Shown in pieces: positions 51,362 through 64,000 of a stretch of DNA of 64,000 bases; the stretch's first letter is position 1; every line of letters starts with the position of its first letter. Under the pieces are notes generated by a model that ran no database searches, was not told the DNA's origin, and saw only the letters and a program-made list of their open reading frames with translations. The position numbers and the translations under genes are program-made. Source of the stretch: Eledone cirrhosa (lineage: Eukaryota); contig OZ024746.1 of assembly GCA_964016885.1 (NCBI GenBank), positions 65,286,001 through 65,350,000 on the forward strand, in the 5' to 3' direction.

Positions 51362-52232
51362 ATTATCATAACCACTTCTCATCATGTACCTCATCAGTTC
51401 TCTTGAGAAATATGTAAATATATCAGACAAATTATCTCTTAAGTTGTAAGTCTGTATTCTTTAATGCCTTGTAAGTTTCATGTGCTTGGTAAGCTGATTA
51501 ACATTTTTTAATAAGCCTTAATAACTTATGTATGATCCCAGTTTATTGACCTATTCACTATCATTAGGAACTAACTTCTATCACATACAGTCACCAAAAC
51601 AAGAATTGTCATTTAGTCATTATTTCTAATTAAGTATTTGAATTAATTAATGAAGAATTTATAGGTTCTTTTTGTTTTCCTAATCATATTGCAGTTTCAG
51701 ATTCAGTGGCTTTATTTGCACCAGTCACCAATATAGTAGTTTGTCATATCTGGTAAGATTAGGCTTTGTAAGAGGCAGCCTTTACTAACCTTGTTATAGC
51801 TATGTCACTGGGTTGTGAGAGTTTTCGTGGGTGCTACAGGTATCACCCATTGCTCCATCTCCTCTATTAGTTTACCACTGTTGGTCCGAGGTTGTTTATT
51901 TGTCTGGCAGTTGCCTGCTTTTATCACAATTAGCCAACATATCTAGTGGCTGTATTGCTATCTGCCACAGGCGACCCATTCTCTAGCAGAAGAACTCTGC
52001 CCAAAAACATAAAATTGCGTTGGTAGCTTTTAATATGAATAGGAACCTTTTGAAATGGTTGTTTTGATTCATCAGGATGGAAATAGTTTTATGTGGGTTG
52101 GTATGAAAATGGCTGATCATATGCAAAACATAACATGAATCACAAAGCTGAATGAAATCAACATTTTCTACATATGAATTTTTATATAGAATTTTTCTCT
52201 TTGATATGCTTTGTTTTTTTATGTAATTTCAG

Positions 52233-52333
52233 GGAAGGTTTATCTCTTTAAATGGAATATTTGACATGTCATTCTTGAACCAATCCTTAGGCAGTGGCTC
52301 AAAGGCTCATGGATCTCATGGAATTGATATTAG
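52233..52333 (+). CDS. INTU: INTU exon H (101 nt): GRFISLNGIFDMSFLNQSLG...GIDI(R)
   Basis: taatttcag acceptor after a T tract, AG|gtttgt donor; phase 0 start and phase 2 end fit the next exon. Confidence 0.72.
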
Positions 52334-54289
52334 GTTTGTTCATTTTGAGTATTCAATTTATTGATTTTGTATAGAATTTTCTATAATTATAAAAAGAAAG
52401 AAAAACCTTCATTGATTTTTATGCAATCTATTTGGGATTTCAAATTATTGATAACTTATTGTATTGATAACTTCTTCCTCAGAAAAATTAATATATATAC
52501 TATGAAAATATAGATAAATTTAAAAGCAAGAAGTAAGCTTGATTTTGATTTCTAGTAGAAGAGTTTTAAGCAAATGATGCAATGATAAAAGCAGAGCCAT
52601 CATTCTCTAAACTGTAGAGCATTTTTATATTCTCAAAAGTACTTGATATCTGAAAAATAAATATATTTAGTGATTTAAATTTAATAAGTGGTTTTGATTG
52701 TATCCAATCTTTGGTAGAGAATAAACTCTTTGTTGGGAAAATTAAGAAACAAAGGCATAGATTTCTTTTCAAATAAGGCTGAAGTTTGGAGGCTATAATT
52801 AAATCTTAACTCTCCATCACATTAAAGTCAGCATTTGTTTAACAATACTATAAAAAGTTTCATCTTAATGATGTCTGAGTTAACAAGAGTACCTCTATGA
52901 AGTTGCTTGATATTTTATAAGTATCTAAATGAAATAATAATGCATTTTACAGATAAAGCTGTCCAAAAAGAAGAGATGATTACAGAGAAAAATCCTTCAT
53001 CATATGTATTTTAGGTATTTTTCAATAAGGTCTGATCAATGACTAAAAAAAAAGCAGCCACAACTTGGGTTTTATATATATTTTAGATTCTTATTAAGAG
53101 GGGTAAAATCTCATATTGATTGAAAATTTGATTTATGTCATAGCTGCTGCCACCAAACATCTCTTTTCAAAAATAGTCTTTGTGACTGGTTTGAAAAAAT
53201 ATGTATTATGGTGTGATTTATGTATGGGGCAGGGACGCTCTATGCCAGTGATTTTTAGGAACTGCTGCAGTGACAAATAGATGAATGCTGTCCTATGTTC
53301 GGTCATGCATCATTTCAGAGTAGTTATAAAGTCAAAGAAAAGATTCTTTAAGTAGGTCACTTTCCTTGAGATTCACACCATGATAAGCAAGGTAGAAAAG
53401 AAAAATAGCCTATATCTCGCAACTATGATAGAAATGGTCGCAAATGAATAGCCACTACCTTGTACAGATGGAAGCCATGCAAGTTAGAAATATTTCAATG
53501 GTCTGAGAACAGGTGTTGAGAGAACCAAATTAACACATTGTAAATGGTGATATAATTCTTCCTATAACATCATGTGTGATTGTAGCACAGATCACAAAAT
53601 ATTAACACCAACATATTAAGATGCTTTCTTACACAAGAACCAAGTACTTTTGTTTATCTCGCTATCTACAGTGAAAATGCAGATGTATGTGTTCAACTTG
53701 GACTGAGTAAAACTTAGCTGATTCTGAAATGAACTAATAAGAAGGAGAAATCTCACTGAACATTATGTCATCTTGTAGAATATCTTAGGCAGGATGGTTA
53801 CACCAAATTGTGATCTTTCATTTAGCACAAAAAGTTTTATACATTTATATTAGCATTAACAGAGTTAACAAAATGTTAGGCTTAAAGTTCGAAATCAGCT
53901 TCTTTAAAAAGTGTCACTGATCATTACATCCCAAAAGGCCAAAAGATTCAGATGCTCCGATATTTTCCAACTATTCTAACTTACTTAATATATATCATTG
54001 TATAGATCTGTCCATGCTTGGATGTGGGTGTGTATGTGTGTGACTTAAACAAATAGATAGTTTAATACAATTCTAAAGCATACCTCCAGAGAATTCATGA
54101 TTTTGCCAATTGATGTGTTGCCCTGAGGGACATCGTTTTTCACCTTCAAATGTAGCTGAAATAGGCATTGACTTCACACCTTATAATATCTAACATCGAC
54201 AAAGGCAAACTTCTAACTCAATTCCAGCTATCCATTTACACAAAACTATTCAACACTACCTTAGGAAACAACTAGGACCCCAGGCCATT

Positions 54290-54940
54290 GTAGGAACTTC
54301 TGTATTTATTCGACTGGTTAAAAACAACAGCTAAATATTCCTTAAATCACACCCTGACAGTAAAAGAAGAAATACATAATATCTGATATAAAGACTGTAT
54401 GGCTATCACTGAAATGCTGTTGATCTGTCCAATCAGGGCTAGCCAACAATAACAATAACAACACAAATGATTGCTTGACCTGCTAGAAATGGCTGTTAAA
54501 TCCTCCTTAGACCCACCATCTTAGATTAGATAAAAGATCAGTAGATACACACACACACAATATGTGCTTCATCATCATCATCATCATCATCATCATTATG
54601 AGCCTAAGAGGAAGCCTCTATGTGGTCACTTCACGTGCTAGAAATAACTGTTAAATTTCCTCAAGACAGATTTTCAATGGTGGGATGCTTCAAATATTAG
54701 GCCTGTTAACAACAATATCACCAAGAACATCAATGTTATCAGCAATACTATCTGGGCCAATGAGGGAGCCTTTATGTAGTGTCACAACCTGCTAGAAATA
54801 GCAGTCAAATCCCCTACAAATCACACCTTATTTTCTAAGAATAAGACTCCTTGGATAATGTCATGCTGGATTCTCTGTACATTAGGAAAATATGGGATAG
54901 CTATGAAAGGAATACCCTTGATCATATGTTTGTTCAACAG
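54290..54940 (+). repeat. Cluster of decayed copies of a dispersed repeat (TGCTAGAAAT...AAATC motif)
   Basis: motif at ~54481, 54637, 54790 and 55979, with aaatcacacc at 54345 and 54818. Confidence 0.55.
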
Positions 54941-55187
54941 TAATGTCATTACTATGATGATGATGATGACCTCTCCCATCAATACCCCAACAGCAACAAA
55001 CACAAACGACACAAAAAAACAACGCTAACCAACATCATCTCCTCCCCATCATTTCCACTTTCTCCACCATTACCCCTCCCCCCATCACACAGAAAAACAA
55101 CCCTGACAACAATGAGGATTGTGACAACGGCCATGACCACAAAATCCCCCCACCCCCCACCCAATGTTCCGATGACCACTAACATCA

Positions 55188-55297
55188 ACTACTACTACTA
55201 CTACTACTACTGCTGCTGCTGTTGTTACTACTACTACTACTGTTACTACAACTACTACTGCTGTTACTACTACTACTACTACTACTACTACTGCTGT

Positions 55298-55364
<67 letters not shown>

Positions 55365-55372
55365 GTTGCTGT

Positions 55373-55425
<53 letters not shown>

Positions 55426-55429
55426 GTGT

Positions 55430-55467
<38 letters not shown>
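55188..55467. repeat. (TAC)n trinucleotide microsatellite
   Basis: directly visible; source of the poly-Y/L/V ORFs. Confidence 0.97.
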
Positions 55468-55602
55468 AGGAAAATTTAATATGGATATAAGATATGAAAT
55501 TAAAAACAAAGGTTATTACAATTGAAAGCGAGGCTGAAATAAAATAAAATAAAATAAAATAACGGGCAAAAATATATACACACTGATGCAGAACGTAAGG
55601 TT

Positions 55603-55665
<63 letters not shown>

Positions 55666-55668
<3 letters not shown>

Positions 55669-55845
55669 CAGAATAGTAGTATGAGTCCAGAATTAGTCGT
55701 CGAAACGGCTTGAGCTCATCCGTCGGGGTCCTACTCGTTCCTATTACCCACTCTACTACCCTAAGTATTGAGTGCTGCGTGGTTGCACATGGGTTACATA
55801 TGAAAAAAATAGTCCTTCATCAGTGATTTTCCAACTATTACATAA
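55666..55845. mobile_element. Chimera of family X (+) and family Y (-)
   Basis: gtcgaaacggcttgagctc...taagtattgagt joined directly to gctgcgtggttgca...gtccttcatcagtgat. Confidence 0.75.
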
Positions 55846-56000
55846 TTAAATAGCTCTGTAGTATACATAGAGCACCCTCCCTCCCTTTACCCTTTCTACG
55901 GAAATACTTCACATATATAAATACAACGGCAACAGTAACTGTAACGAGTTAAAGATAGAGTTTGTGGTTGATTGACTTGTTAGAAACAGTAAACAAATAA

Positions 56001-56143
56001 CTGTTTCGACTTTTGGCAAAAGGCCAGCAATTATACCAGTGCATTACTGGTACTTTATTTTATCGACCTCGTAAGGATGAAAGGCAAAGTTAACCTCGGC
56101 CGGATTTGAACTCAGAACATAAAGGGCCGTAACTCTATGCTGC
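56001..56143 (-). mobile_element. SINE family 1, partial copy
   Basis: actggtactttattttatcgacc...ggatttgaactcag. Confidence 0.88.
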
Positions 56144-56429
56144 AGTTTCAAATAACGTTGAAATATCACACCTAATTGATTTACGAAGAAAAAAAACTGA
56201 AAAGAATAACAAAACAAAAGAAGGGAAATATTAGAATAATGAATGCATCCTTTATTTAAAGAAAAAAGGAAGAAAAATATGTGATAGTCACAACAGGAAT
56301 GTATTTGAGCTTAGGACTACTCAGACAGAAATTATTACAAAAATAACGGAAATAGCCAGAAAACAACAACAGTAGTGATTACTAGTTAATTACCCGACCT
56401 AGAAAGATCCCTTCTGGGAATAGTGTTTT

Positions 56430-56642
56430 TGTGCAAGACCAGCAGCCGCTCATACATGCCATTCTCCCAGCTCCACGTTATTCATGTTGTCCAAAGAAAA
56501 GGCTGATACAACTGAATGAACTGAAGTAACCTAAATTAAAGTGTCTTGCTCAAGGACACAACACACCTATCTGTCCGGGAATAGATTCCACAATCTAACG
56601 ATTGTGAACCCAATGCTTTATCCTCTGAGCTACGCCTCTTCA
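56430..56642 (-). mobile_element. SINE family 2-related copy
   Basis: aaagtgtcttgctcaaggacacaac is the reverse complement of the family-2 motif. Confidence 0.65.
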
Positions 56643-56681
56643 TAAGTTAATATTATTCTCATATTTTCTCTATTTGTTTAG

Positions 56682-56862
56682 GAAAATCAAAGAAGTAAAT
56701 AACGTCGTGTTTCACTATATATGTGTTGACAAGCTGCAGGGCATATATATGGATTCAGAAAGACATTACAACCGGAGTACGCTCTGCAAACAGATTCTAG
56801 ATAACTTCAACCGTTGCTCTCTACAAATACACGCTGTCTTTGAAAAGTCAAAAAGAAAAGCG
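56682..56862 (+). CDS. INTU: INTU exon I (181 nt): KIKEVNNVVFHYICVDKLQGIY...QILDNFNRCSLQIHAVFEK
   Basis: tatttgtttag acceptor, GCG|gtgagt donor; resembles INTU NTLFHYVALETVQGIF...QLIKNFHQCCLSIRAVF. Confidence 0.9.
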
Positions 56863-57333
56863 GTGAGTTATTTCTGTTATCTGTTTTCTCCAGTTTGGTA
56901 TTGCATTCGTAATCATAAAGAATATAGAAATTGCGCACAGTTAGTGATACATATATATACACACATGCATGCACACAGATATATCAACATACAAACATAT
57001 TCCTATAAAATATGTATCCATTACACATTAAAGTAAGTGTGTGTTCACATGGATATACAAGTCTCTGGATTTTTCTAAAGCTGTGGCCGTAATGCACTAA
57101 TATTTTGCAAGTTACTCTCTTTCTTTTCCATGTCTTTTTCTTCTTTCCTCTCCATGTTTCCATCCTAACCTCTTCTCTCTCCCCCAACCTCTTCTCTCTC
57201 TTAACTTATCCCCCACTCTCATTTCTTTACTGGTAGGGGACCAATGTTTCCATTTCATATAAGTCAGAAACTAATAGCATATTTTGAAAACCATTTCACT
57301 GTATATTTTCACTGTTTTTCACTGTTGATCTTG

Positions 57334-57366
<33 letters not shown>

Positions 57367-57367
<1 letters not shown>

Positions 57368-57568
57368 CAAATAGAGTGTGGTAAGATACGAGGTGGACCA
57401 TAACGCACCAGAGTACTCAACACTTAGGGTAGTAGAGTGGGTAATAGGAAAAGTGTTAGGATCCCGACGGCCGAGTTCCGACCGTTTCGACAGCTAGATC
57501 CGAACTGTTCGGATCTAGCTGTTGAAACAGCCGGAGCTCAGCCATCGGGGTCCTGACACTTTCCCTAT
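57367..57568 (-). mobile_element. Family X copy with a ~125-bp fold-back
   Basis: tggaccataacgcaccagagtactcaa; hairpin 57444-57568 centred on agctagatccgaac-t-gttcggatctagct. Confidence 0.8.
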
Positions 57569-57836
57569 ATATATATATATGAAATATAAATCGTTTTTCA
57601 CAAAAACAATATATCAAAAAAGTTGAAACCATAGGTTAAACACATAAAATTAATTGGAGGAGAATCAACTAAGAGTCATTAAAAATGTTTATTCATTTAC
57701 AAATGTTTCTGGCACAAAAACTAATTAATTTAGCATTCAAAATCACACGGCAAAATCTGTCCGTTAATAAAAATTTGCAAATTCACAAATTTTTGCACCC
57801 TCTTCAGAATTAAAATAAAACAGCATATTACTATAT

Positions 57837-57917
<81 letters not shown>

Positions 57918-59659
57918 TGGCATTTGAATATAGAATGTCGTAACTAAATGCTGCAAAGCCGTTTGTCTGACGCTCTACAGATAGTGACAATCCACCGCTC
58001 TAAATACAATCTTAGTTGTGAGAATGTTTGTTATGCTATCGAATCCTTCTAAATTCTTGATTATTGTCAAAATTATTTGAAATACATAGACAATGTCTTT
58101 CATTAGAAATATGGAAATGGAAGGTCTAAAAGTATTGACGTTACTAACATATGCTTACTCTAAAAGTAGACAAAAATGAATTCTAGAGTTCATATAAATA
58201 ATCTGCGAAACTCTTTGAAGGTGGTGTTCTAGTATGGTCGCATTCCAGTGACTTAAAGCCAGTAAACGATAAATGTTTATGTATTTATTATCATTCAGTT
58301 TTATATGTTTTTCATAGTACAAGTAGTTAAAATCTTCAAATTTGGATTCTAAGCTTCATAACCCCGTAGGGCTGTTATGTTTCACTATGGTGTCTATATT
58401 TGTGGAAGTAATCATTGCAGAAATAATTTCAGACCTTCTAGAACTCGTAATAAGAGACATATACGTTGGAAGTAATGAGAAGCGTAACATCTACTGCTAC
58501 CAAACAGCGACTGAAAAATTAATAGCCTGCATATAACTAGAAGCGTTTAATGTTCAAGTGTTTGTAACAATATTCTAGTCTGATTTATTATGCCACTATC
58601 TGATGTATATACAAAATGTTATTTGGCACATTAGAAGTAGTTATAAGGAGAATTTATTCAAATCGAACTTGGAAAATTTAGTTTATTTAATCTGTTAATA
58701 TTCTCATTTTCTTTCATGCGACCTTGTTTTCGTGGAAACAGGAAAATTTAGTTGAACTAGTGTAATAGGTAAACAACTAGCAAATGTAGTATACACGAGA
58801 AAAGAAAATTGATGATCTGTTTATTCTAGTCTCAAAAGGTTAAATTTTTCTTCAAAAGAAATGTTATATAATGGAAATGTTATTGGTTATAGTGTTCCAT
58901 ACTAAATGCAACTTGAACTTAAAAGGCAAATTTAACATCGATCTTAAAACATAAACAGACGACAAGTTAAATGTAACAAGCGTTCTTAGAAGGAAACAAT
59001 ACATCTGGGATGATTAAATGATATGAATAAATGATAAGATCTACATTAAAAAATGACAGGAGATCGTTAATATTATTAATGTTCTTGTTGTTCTTCAGTA
59101 GTCTTATGTTTATTGTCTGCTTTCACTCTCTACCAAGTGCAGTTCTGTGTTTCTTGATTATGTGCAGTACTATTTTGGTTAGTATTTCCTGTTGCAGTGA
59201 AAGTATTCTCTAATACGTGTTCAGTGTCTAATAGCAGTGTTGACTGTATGATAAGCACATTTGTAAGTCCGGGGTTTTGATTACGTATTTTCAAGGAATT
59301 GTTACTCTTTTTAGTTCCATTACTTTGGCTGATTCTCTATTTCAACAATATCCGGATAATTTGCTTTGATCTCTGTTTGTACTTAATTCAAATCACAGCG
59401 AAGGCTTCTAATTCAAAGTCTGTTGTGATATCTGAATTAAATATAGTGCTGCTGAGTATAAATTATATATATAATGAAAATATCGGTATATAAAAATATA
59501 ATGACTTGATGACCAATAACCTTTCGATGTACAGGCGCTAGAATTTCCGGAGATTGGGAACTCACAAGATATTGTTATTGGTACAGCAATTTAGATATAT
59601 GTACAAAAACACAGAGAACATATAATGTTAGAACAAGGAAATATTACTTACTTTATGTT

Positions 59660-60060
59660 AAAAATATACAGTTCTAATACAATTTACCATTTGGAAACAG
59701 GTTTGGAGAAAACAAAAAAAACCTAAACACCTATTTGTTGCAACCAGAAATGATGTCGTTCTCCACGACGCTAATGCCCGTCGCTATACTGCACAAATAA
59801 CTCAAAGAACTCAAAGGATTTTAACTGGAAAAAATACTTCAGCACCCATATTCCCGTATTCTTGCTCCTTCAGATTAGTATTCGATTAGGCTTTTACAAA
59901 ATCATTTTGTTGCATTTACACTAACACCAAGAGAGGCGTTGCAAAATGTGTTCAATTTATTCCATATCAAAACTCAAGGAATTCTTTACGCTTGTTGATA
60001 GATAGAATAAGGTTATACAAAGCAATTGATAATAGATTGATGGTGAATTACAGGGTAAAA
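59660..60060 (+). pseudogene. Degenerate mariner transposase C-terminal fragment
   Basis: LHDANARRYTA (HDNARPH-like) and HPYSRILAPSD (YSPDLAPSD-like), with stops and frameshifts. Confidence 0.7.
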
Positions 60061-60693
60061 TGACAATTTTCGTTCAAGACCAATAGCTTAATGGGTCCTC
60101 TTATCCATCGTACGCTTTTTATGTGGACTTCACAACCGATATTTTGTCAAGGTGGTATAATTACTATTTTATGTCGCACAATTATTCAAAACTTTCCAAG
60201 AAGTTTTTCAATAATGAATATGTCTTCATAATTTTATATTAGCTGCAATATTCAATAAAAACGAATCAATGAATTTTATTTTGCAAAGGCAAAGTAAAAT
60301 TGGTGAATCGAATATTTCATTTTAATGTTTCGCCCTAACAAAGCCGTTTTTATACGAATTGAATATTTGCATATGCCTAAGGCTAACTTTCTTTTCCATT
60401 CATCATTATATACACAACACACTCGATACTATGAAAGCTGATTATTTCAAAACACTAATACATGGATACTGTATGAATGTTTGTTTCAATGTACATATAT
60501 TTTAACGAAAACGCTCTCTCTTTGGCCCCTCTCTCTAATATTGTTCTATAAACAACAAGGATGATAATTATGATAATTTCTCTCGGTCTATCTCTCCTCA
60601 ATCTCCCACCCTCTCTTGCTCGCCACACACACACATACATACACAAACACACATACGCACACACACACACATACATACACAAACACACATACG

Positions 60694-60721
<28 letters not shown>

Positions 60722-60726
<5 letters not shown>

Positions 60727-61977
60727 GAATAAAGTGGTCCTTCATCAGTGATCTTCCAACCATCACAGGTATTATTTCGCTTTAAAGACCATATACCTCC
60801 GGTTGGTGCGAGCAACGGCTAAAAAAAATCGTTGGGACACGTAAATAAAAGGGACAGCGAGAGTGTAAACACACGAAGATGGTGAAGCAACGAAAAGTGA
60901 GGAAGAACGAGTCAAGTCCCAAATTTCCATGAATATAAGTTCGGTGAAATCGTGAACGAGAGAGAATAAAGACCATCAAACCTGGTTGGAATGTGAGCAA
61001 GGAAGGAATTCCGTACAGGTCTAACGGGAGGAAGAAGGGGTCTAGTCTGTGAATTCGGTGAACATAAATTCTGTGAAATCGTAGACGAGAGAGAGAAAAA
61101 AGGCGAACCAGCCTGATCAAGCGTGCGAAAGAAAAGAATTACGCACAGGTCAAACGGGAAGAAGGAGGAGGAGGAGAGGTAATAACAGAGAGTGAGTGAG
61201 TGAAGGGTGAGGAAGAGGCTAACAGAGAGAGTGACTATTAGAGAGGGTAAAGATACAGAGAAAGAGGAAGCAGTAAGAACGAAATAGACGGGTCATAGCG
61301 GGGGAAAAAATATGTGTAAATATGAGAATAAACGTGCTGCGTGGTTGCAAATGGGTTACATATGAATAAAGTGGTCCTTCATCAGTGATCTTCCAACCAT
61401 CACAGGTATTACTTCGCTTTAAAGACCATATACCTCCTGTTGGTGCGAGCAACGTCTAAAAAAAGTCGTTGGGACACGTAAATAAAAGGGACAGCGAGAG
61501 TGTAAACAAACAAAGATGGTGAAGCAACGAAAAGTGAGGAAGAACGAGTCAAGTCCCAAATTTCCATGAATATAAGTTCGGTGAAATCGTTAACGAGAGG
61601 AGGAGGAGAGGTAGTAACAGAGAGTGAGTGAGTGAAGGGCGAGGAAGAGGCTAACAGAGAGAGTGACTGTTAGAGAGGGTAAAGATACAGAGAAAGAGGA
61701 AGCAATAAGAACAAAATAGACGGGTCATAGCGGGGGAAAAAATATGTGTAAATATGAGAATAAACGTGCTGCGTGGTTGCAAATGGGTTACATATGAATA
61801 AAGTGGTCCTTCATCAGTGATCTTCCAACCATCACAGGTATTTCTTCGCTTTAAAGACCATATACCCCCGGTTGGTGCGAGCAACGGCTAAAAAAAGTCG
61901 TTGGGACACGTAAATAAAGGGGACAGCGAGAGTGTAAACAAACAAAGATGGTGAAGCAACGAAAAGTGAGGAAGAAC
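60722..61977 (-). mobile_element. Family Y head-to-tail array (637-bp unit, 432-bp deleted unit, partial third unit)
   Basis: gaataaagtggtccttcatcagtgatcttccaacc starts at 60727, 61364 and 61796. Confidence 0.85.
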
Positions 61978-62026
61978 ATAAACATACAGACAGACACACA
62001 CACACACACATTTTATATATACCTAT

Positions 62027-62156
62027 ACGGCCCTTGCCATTCTGAGTTCGAATCCCGCCGAGGTTAACTTTGCCTTTTATCCTTACGGGGTCGATAAAAT
62101 AAAGTACCAGTAATGTACTGGATAATTGCTGGCCTTGTGCCAAAAGTAGAAACAAT
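62027..62156 (+). mobile_element. SINE family 1, 5'-truncated copy
   Basis: gagttcgaatcccgccgaggttaactttgcc...gataaaataaagtaccag. Confidence 0.88.
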
Positions 62157-63582
62157 TATATATAACCTATAATTTATTGCAATATTTTATAGATTAAATA
62201 AAGAAAGAATATCTCATAGCTTAAAATTTAAATATTTTAATTTACTTAACCGAATATAATCGCTTCACTTTACTAGTTACCTAGTGTTTCTTTAATCCAG
62301 TTGCACCAACATTTCAAATGTTAGATATTTTCAAAGTAATATCAATTAACAACAACAACATCAACTATTACTATGGCATTCAGTCTCTTCTTCGCTTTTA
62401 CTGTTATTTTGTAGTAACAACAAATATACTGATTATAACCACTTATATTGCCAAACCATATAAAATGAAAACCTTTTAGAAAGTAACCAAGCTTCCGTTC
62501 TATGAATACAGAAGGCTATTAAGGTGACGTTTCCGCCATCATCAACATCAAGCAATCATTCTATTTTGTTGATGAACAACAACGGAGGATGCTTAGCTAA
62601 CGCTAATGACGGTCACCAACTTACTGCGAGAAGGCGGAATAAAGAACATTTTGTTTATCACAGTTAGTAACCAGTCTTCTCTAGATGTTGCCAAAGTCAT
62701 CTTTTGTTAATCAGAATTAAATTCATTCCGTTGTTAATTACAGTTACCACCTGGTTGCCGTACCTCTATTAATTCACAGTCAACGGTGGCAATTTTATTG
62801 ACGACAGTCAATTTGAATTACATCCTTGAATTGTCTTTCATGATAATATACTCTGGCATAACTTCTTCATCAACCAGCCCCTCCTCACTACTACAACAGC
62901 GTTAACTACCACCGTTCTTCTTCTTCTTCTTCTTCTTCTTCTTCTTCTTCAAACCATAAGATATTGTTGATTTAAAAAGTCGGTAATTAACAAGAAATTA
63001 ATTAATTAGACATATGGTTTATAAATTTCTTTGGGACAAAACAACCTTACATAATTAAAGATTTGCTGTGATTTCCCTGTTCTCTTAATATCCTAGAAAT
63101 TAATTGTAAGGTTAGTGTAAACTTAGTTAATGAAGTGAGCCAAGACATTTCAATTAATTAAATCTATACCTGCGTTGAGGAAAGATTATTCTGGTCTTAG
63201 TGATCAATTCTGTTAGTGAAAAGAATGAGAGACAACCTCTACCTTATAATTATCTACAAATAATAGTTTATCCCATATAATTTGGAATGTCAAAGTATTG
63301 GCCGCTTTCTAATAGGTTTGTGGTCGAGGCTGCGGCCGCGGAGTTCTCCAGTGTTCTTGGCCCTCGGATCACATCTCTACTCATTGTTATCGGGGTGGAG
63401 TTGGTTACCCTCAGGTGTGAGTCCCTCGAGGTGGAATAGCTATTCCAGCGCCTCTCCTTCGCAAAGTCTTCTGTGCCTTGTCCAACTGGACTACCCGACG
63501 GCCCTTTATATTAACACGTGATCTTTCTATTTTTCATTCTCGCCCCAACTACATTCATCTACATCGACACTATCTACTATGT

Positions 63583-63740
63583 GAAGGAACATGGCTTAGT
63601 GCTTAGACCATTGGGCTTGCGATCTAAAGGTTGTGAGTTCAATTCTCTGACCGGATGATGTTGTTTCCTTGAGTAAGACACTTTATTTCACGTTGCTCCA
63701 GTTTACTCAGCTGTAGAAATGAGATGATAGGACTGGGGTC
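63583..63740 (+). mobile_element. SINE family 2 copy
   Basis: TGGCTTAGTG A-box, GAGTTCAATTC B-box, ccttgagtaagacactttatttcacgttgctccag. Confidence 0.75.
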
Positions 63741-64000
63741 CCTATCATTAAATCACCCAAGACACCTCCAGCGAGATATACCTTGGGGGAGGCCAGCTAA
63801 ACCTGCATAGGTGTGAGCTGTCACACACACACACACACACTAACTACGCATTTATCTATCTATCTTTCAACAATAACATTGGAATGACAACTGATTTAGT
63901 CATATTGCATCAGTTCGATTTGTTTAACCTCAGATTATCATAAAATTTATGATCAAATGGCATTCAGGTCATGAATTCTCTTCTTTTTTGATTTTCATAT

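Noticed and set aside
54979-55479. Poly-Tyr/Leu/Val ORFs
   Set aside because: Translations of the (TAC)n tract.
56863-64000. Terminal INTU exons (EHGVLF / YWVVGR-like motifs)
   Set aside because: Not found by eye; short ORFs at 58342, 59031 and 59299 show no similarity, so the gene probably continues beyond the window.

Overview
AT-rich, microsatellite-saturated animal genomic DNA; the repeat landscape suggests a coleoid cephalopod (Octopus-like), which is an inference. The + strand carries nine phase-consistent internal coding exons (11016-56862) of an inturned (INTU) orthologue, one with a GC donor; start and stop exons were not found here. The rest is intron filled with mobile DNA: (1) a near-intact CR1/L2-group LINE on the - strand with an unusual Myb/SANT + polyQ + 2xCCCH ORF1, and an AUG-less ORF2 overlapping it in the -1 frame behind two slippery heptamers; (2) a young 5'-truncated RTE LINE with a PHD-like finger, plus several RTE remnants, one with twin-priming geometry; (3) a decayed Penelope-like element with a hammerhead ribozyme, plus several fold-back or tandem non-autonomous families that resemble it; (4) two non-autonomous Helitrons, piggyBac-like and other MITEs, mariner remnants and two tRNA-derived SINE families; (5) a ~12.4-kb 42-bp minisatellite in the largest INTU intron. 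No prokaryotic-type system (CRISPR etc.) is supported. Most long ORFs in the track are repeat artefacts.
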